Below, one piece after another: positions 51,000-59,396 of a stretch of DNA of 64,000 nt; position 1 is the stretch's first letter; each line of letters starts with the position of its first letter. Location of the stretch: IMG/VR virus record IMGVR_UViG_3300021185_003351, positions 32,001 to 96,000 of that record. One strand, written 5' to 3'. The DNA is from a virus. The position numbers were made by a program, and so were the translations under genes. A model generated the notes under the pieces. That model was not told where the DNA came from. It saw only the letters and a list, made by a program, of their open reading frames with translations, and did not search any database.

Positions 51000-53462
51000 A
51001 TGGCCGAAAGAATAGTATCGCCAGGTGTATTTACAATAGAAAAAGATCAATCATTTTTACAACGAGGAGTTAGTGAAATTGGAGCATCAATAGTAGGATC
51101 AACATTAAAAGGTCCAGCTCAAGTTCCTACAAAGATAGGATCATTTTCTGAATTCCAAGAAATATTTGGAGGATATACCGATGAATCATATGTACCATTT
51201 ACAGTACAAGAATATTTAAAAAATGCAGGTACCATTACAGTAACAAGATTATTGTATGAAAATGGATATAATTTACAAAATGGCGTATTAGCTATTGTAG
51301 CTGAATCAGGATCTGTTTCAGAAGTGACTCATTTATTACATCCAACACAACCAGTATCAACTACAGGTGATTCAAATGTATTTGAAGAGTCATTATTTGA
51401 AAATTTAAATTCTGGATCTTTTAAACTAAAAGTTTCTGGAGCATTTGCGACGGATTCATCAATACCAGGATATTCGGCATATTTAACTACTGACTTTATT
51501 TCTGCATCATTAGATTCAACATCTAATAGTTATATCACAAAGATATTTGGAAATAATCCTAAATCAGTAAATTATCCAGTTTATGTGCAATACGAAAACA
51601 AAAATGCATTTTCATTATTTAATCAAAGTAGTGAAATATCAATGAGTTTAGCAATTGTAGATAAGTATCAATTTCTTCAAGATTTTCAAGCAGCATCTAC
51701 TCCGTATATAACATCACAACAAATAACAGGTGGGTCTTCTATAGACTTATTTAAATTTCATACATTATCTCATGGTAACGTAGAAAATTTTGATGTTAAA
51801 GTTGGAGTAAGAGATATTAAAGTTTCATCAGAAGTATCAGATCCAAATGGATATGGAACATTTACATTAGAAGTAAGAAGAGTAAATAATCAACATTTAC
51901 CTACTTCCCCTTTTGATTCTGATGACACAGACAAATCACCAGACATAGTAGAACAATTTACCAATCTTAATTTAGATCCAGATTCTCCTAATTATATAGT
52001 TAGAAGAATTGGCGATCAATTTAGAACTATTGATAGTGACGGTAAAATATATGATAATGGTGATTATCCAAACTTATCAAAATATATAAGAATCGAAGTA
52101 ACTGAAAATGTTAAAGCAAAAGCGATAGACGCATCTTTAATACCATTTGGTTTTAGAGCAACAAATTCTCCAATTCCAGATGTATCAGGATCTGCAGGTA
52201 ATTTAAACCTAGGTGCAGTATCATATATATCATCTCAAGTAATAGGAAGTTCATATAGTTCAAAAAATTATTTTGGATTTGATTATACAAATTTAAATAA
52301 CTTAAATTATTTAGCACCATTACCAACTTCAGGTTCAAATACAGGTTCAAATACTGATTTTTACTTAGGAAATGTATCACAAGCAGCTGAAGCTAATTTT
52401 CCAAGTATAGCTGGTGCCTATTCTGGATCCATAGGAACATCATTAGACGCCGGTAGGTTAGCAACAGAAATATCAATTAATACTAGAAAATTTATGGTAC
52501 CATTCCAAGGTGGATTTGATGGATCAAAACCTAATTTACCTAAAATGATTGGAACTAATATTAAATCTTCAAATACATTAGGATTTGATTGTAGCACTTC
52601 AACCTCAACTGGAACATTAGCATATAGAAAAGCATTTGCAGCACTATCAAATACCGATTTCTTTGATATGAACATGTTAATTACACCTGGATTAATAGAC
52701 AGATTACATTCAAGTGTAACAGCAGAAGCTAGACAATTAGCAGAAGATAGACAAGACACATTTTACATAATGGATGCAGGAGCTGTAACAGATTCAATTT
52801 CAACCGTTGTTAATCAAGTTAATTCAATTGATTCAAATTACACTGCAACATATTTCCCATGGGTGAGAATAGTTGATCCAGGAAAGAATAAGCCAATGTT
52901 TGTTCCACCATCTGTAGTAGTACCTGGAGCATTATCATTTAACGATACAGTAGCAGCACCATGGTATGCACCTGCAGGATTAAATAGAGGAAGTTTAACG
53001 TCTGTAATTAATACATATGAAAAATTGACTCAATCAAATAGAGATGAGTTATATGAATCTAGAGTTAATCCAATAGCAAATTTTCCAAATCAAGGAATTT
53101 GTATATGGGGACAAAAAACTCTTCAATCTAGACCATCTGCATTGGATAGAGTTAATGTTAGAAGACTATTGATAACTGTTAAGAAATTTATTGCTTCGTC
53201 AACTAAATTTTTAGTATTTGAACAAAATACAACCGCAACTAGAAATAGATTTTTAGCTATAGCAAATCCGTATTTAGAAAGTGTTAGATCACAACAAGGA
53301 CTTCATGCATTTAGAGTTGTAATGGATGCAAGTAATAATACACCAGATTTAATAGATCAAAATATATTATACGGACAAATATTTTTACAACCAACTAGAA
53401 CGGCAGAATTTATAGTATTAGACTTTAATATTCAACCAACTGGTGCTTCATTCCCAGAATAA
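51000..53462 (+). CDS. Contractile tail sheath protein (T4 gp18-like)
   Basis: SPGVFTIEKD, PWYAPAGLNRG, WGQKTL, LDRVNVRRL, FEQN and PTRTAEFI motifs. Confidence 0.96.
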   Translation: MAERIVSPGVFTIEKDQSFLQRGVSEIGASIVGSTLKGPAQVPTKIGSFSEFQEIFGGYTDESYVPFTVQEYLKNAGTITVTRLLYENGYNLQNGVLAIVAESGSVSEVTHLLHPTQPVSTTGDSNVFEESLFENLNSGSFKLKVSGAFATDSSIPGYSAYLTTDFISASLDSTSNSYITKIFGNNPKSVNYPVYVQYENKNAFSLFNQSSEISMSLAIVDKYQFLQDFQAASTPYITSQQITGGSSIDLFKFHTLSHGNVENFDVKVGVRDIKVSSEVSDPNGYGTFTLEVRRVNNQHLPTSPFDSDDTDKSPDIVEQFTNLNLDPDSPNYIVRRIGDQFRTIDSDGKIYDNGDYPNLSKYIRIEVTENVKAKAIDASLIPFGFRATNSPIPDVSGSAGNLNLGAVSYISSQVIGSSYSSKNYFGFDYTNLNNLNYLAPLPTSGSNTGSNTDFYLGNVSQAAEANFPSIAGAYSGSIGTSLDAGRLATEISINTRKFMVPFQGGFDGSKPNLPKMIGTNIKSSNTLGFDCSTSTSTGTLAYRKAFAALSNTDFFDMNMLITPGLIDRLHSSVTAEARQLAEDRQDTFYIMDAGAVTDSISTVVNQVNSIDSNYTATYFPWVRIVDPGKNKPMFVPPSVVVPGALSFNDTVAAPWYAPAGLNRGSLTSVINTYEKLTQSNRDELYESRVNPIANFPNQGICIWGQKTLQSRPSALDRVNVRRLLITVKKFIASSTKFLVFEQNTTATRNRFLAIANPYLESVRSQQGLHAFRVVMDASNNTPDLIDQNILYGQIFLQPTRTAEFIVLDFNIQPTGASFPE

Positions 53463-53505
53463 AAGTTAAGGAATGAATATTTATATAAAAGAAATAGGAT
53501 AAAAC

Positions 53506-54015
53506 ATGGCATTAGAGCAAGAATTAGATGGAATTAATCAAAATGAACTATTTGATAGTGCATTTGATTGGGAACCTAAATATACCAATAGATTTATTAT
53601 GTATATAGGAGATATTCCTACTTATATTATAAAAGCTGCAGCTAGACCTTCTTTAACTAATGGTGAAGTTATTCTTGATCATATTAATGTTGAGCGAAAG
53701 CTAAAAGGTAAAACTAGATGGCAAGACATTTCGATCACATTATATGATCCAATTGTACCATCAGGAGCACAGTCGGTAATGGAGTGGGTAAGATTACATC
53801 ACGAATCTTTAACAGGTAGAGATGGATATAGTACTCAATACAAAAAAGATATTAGATTTAATTCACTTTCACCAACCGGAGAAATTATTGAAGAATGGTT
53901 GTTGAAAGGAGCATTCATTGCAGATTCAAACTTTGGATCAATGGATTGGTCGACAGAAGAATCAGTTCAAATTGAATTAACATTGAAATATGATTACGCT
54001 GTATTAGAATTTTAA
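53506..54015 (+). CDS. Tail tube protein (T4 gp19-like)
   Basis: NRFIM, W..ISITLYD, YKKD, W.LKGAF and LTLKYD motifs. Follows the sheath. Confidence 0.92.
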   Translation: MALEQELDGINQNELFDSAFDWEPKYTNRFIMYIGDIPTYIIKAAARPSLTNGEVILDHINVERKLKGKTRWQDISITLYDPIVPSGAQSVMEWVRLHHESLTGRDGYSTQYKKDIRFNSLSPTGEIIEEWLLKGAFIADSNFGSMDWSTEESVQIELTLKYDYAVLEF

Positions 54016-54031
54016 AATAAATTATAAAAAT

Positions 54032-54057
54032 AATGGGAGTTTAGGCTCCCATTTTTA
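54032..54057 (+). terminator. Rho-independent terminator after the tube gene
   Basis: AATGGGAGT-TTAG-GCTCCCATT stem followed by a T-run. An A-run upstream makes it possibly bidirectional. Confidence 0.85.
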
Positions 54058-54125
54058 CGATCTAAAAATATTTATTATAAATAAGTCATTCCAATCATAT
54101 TGTTACATTTAAACCTAGGTAACAT

Positions 54126-54698
54126 ATGAATCGTATATTTATTATATTTTTAACTTTATTAACTTGCAATATATTCTGTCAAGATACTATTTTTAGATTT
54201 GAAGAAGAGCCATTAACTGGAAAGATAGTATTTATTGATAATAACATTATATTATATAATAAAAATAATTTTATAAAAGATATACCAACAGAAGTTGTAT
54301 TTGGATATAAAAAAGACAACAAACTATCAATATTATATAAAGAAAATAAACAACCATTTTCCACAATACAAATGAATGATTATGTAACGGGTAGAACAAA
54401 AGGATATCAAGATCATACTCCAGGAATACCATTTGCAATAGGATTTTTTAGTTCTTATTTTTATACATATTACAATACTAGAGGTTTAACTAGAAATCCA
54501 AAATTTTCATCATTAGCATTTACTGCAGTACCATCAATTGTATTTACATATGTAAAACCTAAGGCTAATAAAAAATGGAGTTTAGAAAAAAGAACAGGTT
54601 ATCAATTATCTAGATCTGAAAAAAATCAAGTTTCATCATGGTGGGGTGCAGTATTAGGCACTGCTACTATATTTACTCTCTATTTTTCAAGTAACTAA
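54126..54698 (+). CDS. Signal-peptide membrane protein (accessory gene in the tail module)
   Basis: MNRIFIIFLTLLTCNIFC-Q signal peptide and 2-3 hydrophobic segments in the C-terminal half. Confidence 0.65.
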   Translation: MNRIFIIFLTLLTCNIFCQDTIFRFEEEPLTGKIVFIDNNIILYNKNNFIKDIPTEVVFGYKKDNKLSILYKENKQPFSTIQMNDYVTGRTKGYQDHTPGIPFAIGFFSSYFYTYYNTRGLTRNPKFSSLAFTAVPSIVFTYVKPKANKKWSLEKRTGYQLSRSEKNQVSSWWGAVLGTATIFTLYFSSN

Positions 54699-54729
54699 TA
54701 TTTATAATAAAGTTTTAAAAAGGAAAGTT

Positions 54730-55485
54730 ATGACAAAATTAACAGATCGTTATTCAAATGAAAATCTAATAAACTTAGCAACTCAAAATTACGACAAAAC
54801 AAAAAAAAGTACTTTACCAACTGAAGTAGTAACATTAGCTTCAGGAGGAAAGGTATATTCAAAAACAAATCCATTAAGTTCCGGCAAAATTGAAATGCGT
54901 TATATGACCGCTTATGACGAAGATATACTAACAAATGCATCATATATAAAAGAAGGAATTGTTTTAGATAAGCTGTTAGAAGCACTTATAATATCGGATA
55001 TCAATATAAATGATATAGCAACTGTCGACAAAGATGGATTAATTATACATGCAAGAATAGTTAGTTACGGAAAAATATATCCAGTACTGGTAACAGATCC
55101 AAAAACTAATAATAATTTAAAAAGAGAAGTTGATTTATCAAAACTAAATGCGTTTGATTTTAAACTAGAGCCTGATGAAAACGGTGAATTTGATTATCAA
55201 ATTAATGAAGATTTCAAACTAAAATTTCAATATACAAAAAAAGAAACAACAGGTACAGTATCAGAAGTATTAACAAAAAGTATTACTCAAATTAATAAAT
55301 CTAGAAAAGTAGAAGATATAGAACATTTTATAAAATATGAATTTTTAGCAAAAGATGCTAAAGAATTTAGATTATATATCTCAGAAAATGCGCCAGGAAT
55401 AAATTATGAATATGAATTTGAAGGTGAAGATGGAGGCACCTTCATTTCAAGGTTTCAACCTGGAACAGACCTTTTTTGGTTTTAA
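54730..55485 (+). CDS. T4 gp26-like baseplate hub/tail assembly chaperone
   Basis: V.L.S.GK.Y, IEMRYMTAYDEDIL and ARIVSYG motifs. Lies between tube and tape measure. Confidence 0.75.
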   Translation: MTKLTDRYSNENLINLATQNYDKTKKSTLPTEVVTLASGGKVYSKTNPLSSGKIEMRYMTAYDEDILTNASYIKEGIVLDKLLEALIISDININDIATVDKDGLIIHARIVSYGKIYPVLVTDPKTNNNLKREVDLSKLNAFDFKLEPDENGEFDYQINEDFKLKFQYTKKETTGTVSEVLTKSITQINKSRKVEDIEHFIKYEFLAKDAKEFRLYISENAPGINYEYEFEGEDGGTFISRFQPGTDLFWF

Positions 55486-55702
55486 GCCAGAACATCGTGT
55501 TGATTTACATGATCAATTATTTAATATTTTATGGGCTGGTGAAGGCAGATGGACATGGAGTGATATATATTATATGCCATTATTTCTAAGAAAGTTTTAT
55601 ATAAAAAAGTTGAATTCTATACATGAAAAGAAAAACTCTGCAGAAAAACAAAGAAAAAAGAAGCCAACAGCAAAAGATAAGATCGCAAAACCTCCTATGT
55701 AA
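55472..55702 (+). CDS. gp51-like chaperone extension, probably reached by frameshift
   Basis: The +1 frame relative to the upstream gene reads FFGFKPEHR...WTWSDIYYMPLFLRKFYI, with slippery T-runs at the junction. Confidence 0.6.
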   Translation, partial: FFGFKPEHRVDLHDQLFNILWAGEGRWTWSDIYYMPLFLRKFYIKKLNSIHEKKNSAEKQRKKKPTAKDKIAKPPM

Positions 55703-55726
55703 ATATTTATATAAAAAGATATTTGC

Positions 55727-57604
55727 ATGAATATTCCGTATAATTACATACAATCGTTAAAACAACTTCCTAAACAGAGCGCACAAGTACCTCTTAACCC
55801 CGGCAGCGACAACCTAAATACTAAACTTGCTGACTTAGATGTTGGCGATATAGCACCCGGGTATGACGAGTTAAATAAGCTTATTGTAAAATTTCAAGAT
55901 AATATTTCCAAATCAAACAATTTGTTTGAAGCTCAAATTGATCAACTTCGTAAAAATCAAAAAGCTGTACTTTCATATACAAAATCACTTACTGCATTTG
56001 AACAAAGAAATGTAAGAATACAAAAAATATTTAAACTAAATACAGAAGAATCTGCTGTATTAGGGAAAGAAATTGATAAAATTGCAGTTCGATTTAATAG
56101 ATCTGGAGCAACTGTAAGAAAGTATACAAGTGATTTAAATAAATTAATACCTGGATTCCAAAACACAATCACTTCTGGGGGTAAAGCCGGCGATAGTTTG
56201 TTAAAAATACAAGATGCATTTCAACAACAATTAGGTTTATCTGGAGATTTAGCTAATTCATTTGCTTTATTCTCCGGAGGAAATGAAGAAGTATTAACAT
56301 CACAATTACAAATAGTTAAAGGTATAGAAGCTCAAACAAATGGACTTATAAATGCTAGAGATATAGTTGGTGATATATCCGGATTATCTGCAAACTTGCA
56401 ACTGCAATTTGGAAAGATACCTGGAAATTTAGAATTAGCTGTTTTAAAAGCTAGAACATTAGGTGTTTCATTTGCTGATATAGCAAAAACAGGAAATGAA
56501 TTATTAAATGTAGAGTCATCTATTAATAATGAATTAGAGTACCAATTGTTATCAGGAAAGCGATTAGTAGATCAAAATGGCAAAAGCTTAACACAACAAT
56601 TCAGAACAGCTGCAATTCAAGGAGATGCAAATGCACAAGCAGACGCATTAACCAAAATCATAGAAACTCAAGGATCTACTATAGAAAATAATGTATTTGC
56701 ACGACAACAGTTAGCTAAAACATTAGGAATGGAAGAAGGACAATTATCAAAAATTGTTCAACAACGAAAATTAGTATCTAAACTTGGAGCAGAAAGTTTA
56801 TTAGGATTACAAGGAGCTGATTTAGAAGAAGGCATAGAAAAATTTAAAAAAGGATTTAAAGGAGACATAAATGATTTAGATGATTTATTAAGCTCCTTTG
56901 ATAATAGATCAACTGACCAAATGCTTGTAGAAGTACTTGGAAAACTTGAAGCACAACTAGGAGCTGGTACTAATACAGCCGAAGTTCTAAAGCAACAAAA
57001 AAAAATATTAAAAGAAGCTAGAATTGTAACACCAGCAAGAACTGAAAAAGATGCACAAACTGGAGAAGAAATTAAAATTCCAGCTGTAGAAGGAGACATT
57101 TTAAGTTTTGTTAATTCTGGAAAAAAACTTATTGAGAAAATACAAAATGAAGTCGGCCCATCAATAACTGCTTATACCACAATCGGCCCTGTAATAGCAG
57201 ATATTCAAAGCAAAGTTCCACTACTTGGAAAAAGCCTTGCTCTAATAACAAACAGCATCATCACTAGTGCAAAAAAATTAGGAACCGGCACTTTAGAAAC
57301 AGATCCTGTAGCAGATGCAACGGCTGCAGAAACAACAGATTCAAACGATTCGATAATACGAGTAAATGATGCTATATTATTTAATCCAAACGACAAATTT
57401 AATATAGTAGCATCAACAAGTCCCGGAGCATTAGATCAAGCAACTGCAGATATAACGGGAGCAGGCAAAGGATCGTCATCAGGCCCTTCAGCACAAGAAA
57501 TAGGAGCAGCTGTTGCAAACGCTCTACAAGGAGTTAATTTATATGTATCACCAAACGAATTAGCAGCAGAAATGGCTTTTAATTCTTATAATATAAACGC
57601 TTAA
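55727..57604 (+). CDS. Tape measure-like protein
   Basis: 625-aa helical protein rich in A/L/Q/K/G, following the chaperone pair. Confidence 0.7.
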   Translation: MNIPYNYIQSLKQLPKQSAQVPLNPGSDNLNTKLADLDVGDIAPGYDELNKLIVKFQDNISKSNNLFEAQIDQLRKNQKAVLSYTKSLTAFEQRNVRIQKIFKLNTEESAVLGKEIDKIAVRFNRSGATVRKYTSDLNKLIPGFQNTITSGGKAGDSLLKIQDAFQQQLGLSGDLANSFALFSGGNEEVLTSQLQIVKGIEAQTNGLINARDIVGDISGLSANLQLQFGKIPGNLELAVLKARTLGVSFADIAKTGNELLNVESSINNELEYQLLSGKRLVDQNGKSLTQQFRTAAIQGDANAQADALTKIIETQGSTIENNVFARQQLAKTLGMEEGQLSKIVQQRKLVSKLGAESLLGLQGADLEEGIEKFKKGFKGDINDLDDLLSSFDNRSTDQMLVEVLGKLEAQLGAGTNTAEVLKQQKKILKEARIVTPARTEKDAQTGEEIKIPAVEGDILSFVNSGKKLIEKIQNEVGPSITAYTTIGPVIADIQSKVPLLGKSLALITNSIITSAKKLGTGTLETDPVADATAAETTDSNDSIIRVNDAILFNPNDKFNIVASTSPGALDQATADITGAGKGSSSGPSAQEIGAAVANALQGVNLYVSPNELAAEMAFNSYNINA

Positions 57605-57611
57605 GGAAATC

Positions 57612-59096
57612 ATGTTAATAACATATACTAGTAAAAGATTATCAGATTTAAGTGAAGAAGAATATAGAAAAGCTACTATAGAAACTCCAACTAATTTTGG
57701 ACGATCTAATACTATAGATTTAGTTGGCGCAGACAAAAATCAACAAATAGGACAAACATTAAATAGTGATACAATTTCTAGTTTAGATAGAATTGTTTCA
57801 AATCACACAAATGCAACTGATGCAACAGCATTAGGATCAATTGGAGCAGCAGCTGGAGCAGGACTTGCTAGCAACTTAGGTATTCCAACTCTAGGACAAG
57901 GACTAGGTGCAGTTGCAGGAGGATTATTACCTCCAGTATATGCAACAGTGCCATTTTTAAACTTAGGAAAATTACCAGAGTTAGGTGGAATGACTCAAGA
58001 CTTTAGATCAAGAAAAGGTTTTGGAAGTGTTTCTGATTTTGTAGGCAAACGGTTAGACGGAGCAGCTGCAGCAGTATCAATTGAAGGAAAAGGTCGAGCT
58101 AGAGCAGCAGCGTACGCAGCAGCTAGTATTGCACCAGGAGGAGCATATACATTATTTAATCGTGAAACGTTATATGGAGAAGGAAATTTTGGATCTCCAA
58201 TGGCATTACGAAATGATTTCACTGCAAAATCAACTGTAACAACAAAATGGGATCAAGCAGCAAATGATGGAAAAGGCAAATGGATTCCTACAAAAAATCC
58301 ATTGCAAAAAGCTTTGGAATTCCGAGGAGACAAAGTAAATGTTATTGATTTTCAAAAAGGAACATTTGCAGATACATATAGATGGAAACCAAATATAAAT
58401 CTAGGAAAAGTAGGAGATGTATTAGGCGCAGTAATTAATGATCCTGGAGTAACTCAAGATTATATTAAATTCTTTTTTACTGGTCCTAATATAAAATTTG
58501 GAGATACAAACTCAGTTGATGATATTATGACATTCCGAGCTAGTATAACTAGTTTAACAGACACATTTAATCCACAATGGAATCCTGTACAGATGATTGG
58601 CCGAGCAGACCCAAATTATCATTATTCCGGATATAGTCGTGATATGAACCTAGATTTTACTATATATGCAACAGATCGAGATGAATTAAAACCAATTTGG
58701 AGAAAATTAAATGCATTAGCTAGTTATACTGCTCCTGAATACACTAAAGATAGTATTGCAATGAAAGGCCCATGGATGCGTGTAACAATTGGAGATTTAT
58801 ATAAACAAACCCCAGTATTTATTTCTAGTTTATTTTATACATTAGTAGACAACGAAACAACATGGGATATTAATATCGAGCAAGATCCGACTAGAATGCA
58901 AGTACCAAACAAAGTACAAGTCTCCATGGGATTAACAGTAATTACAGATTACTTACCAGAAAAAGGAGGAAGAATGTATTCATTAAATAATGGTAATGCG
59001 TTAGATGAACTAGGAGATAATAATTGGTTAAGTGACAGTGTTAATTCTGCCCCTACATTTAATGTAGATATTGAAAAAATTAAAGAAAACAAATGA
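57612..59096 (+). CDS. Baseplate/tube-initiator protein (gp48/gp54-like C-terminal domain)
   Basis: FRASITSLTD.F...W.....GRADP...Y.GYSR and P.MRVTIGD motifs, plus synteny. Confidence 0.65.
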   Translation: MLITYTSKRLSDLSEEEYRKATIETPTNFGRSNTIDLVGADKNQQIGQTLNSDTISSLDRIVSNHTNATDATALGSIGAAAGAGLASNLGIPTLGQGLGAVAGGLLPPVYATVPFLNLGKLPELGGMTQDFRSRKGFGSVSDFVGKRLDGAAAAVSIEGKGRARAAAYAAASIAPGGAYTLFNRETLYGEGNFGSPMALRNDFTAKSTVTTKWDQAANDGKGKWIPTKNPLQKALEFRGDKVNVIDFQKGTFADTYRWKPNINLGKVGDVLGAVINDPGVTQDYIKFFFTGPNIKFGDTNSVDDIMTFRASITSLTDTFNPQWNPVQMIGRADPNYHYSGYSRDMNLDFTIYATDRDELKPIWRKLNALASYTAPEYTKDSIAMKGPWMRVTIGDLYKQTPVFISSLFYTLVDNETTWDINIEQDPTRMQVPNKVQVSMGLTVITDYLPEKGGRMYSLNNGNALDELGDNNWLSDSVNSAPTFNVDIEKIKENK

Positions 59097-59392
59097 GTAG
59101 ATATACAACAACAAAACAAATAAAAGATGCATCAGGTAAAAGAAAAGCAGAAACGACTATTTTACCAGTAGTACCATTGTCAGATGATGATATATACATA
59201 CAAGTAACATCGCCAGAGCGATTAGATTTGTTAGCTAATAAATTTTATAATGATGTTAGTCTATGGTGGGTAATCGCAACTGCAAATGCTCTAGGGAAAG
59301 GATCATTATATGTCCCGGAAAATACAAGACTACGAATACCTGCAGCTACAAAAATACAAGATACTATAGAATTATTAAATAATTCAAGATAA
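59093..59392 (+). CDS. LysM-like baseplate wedge protein (gp53/P2 gpX-like)
   Basis: ERLDLLANKFYNDVSLWWVIATAN...LRIP. Confidence 0.85.
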   Translation: MSRYTTTKQIKDASGKRKAETTILPVVPLSDDDIYIQVTSPERLDLLANKFYNDVSLWWVIATANALGKGSLYVPENTRLRIPAATKIQDTIELLNNSR

Positions 59393-59396
59393 CATT

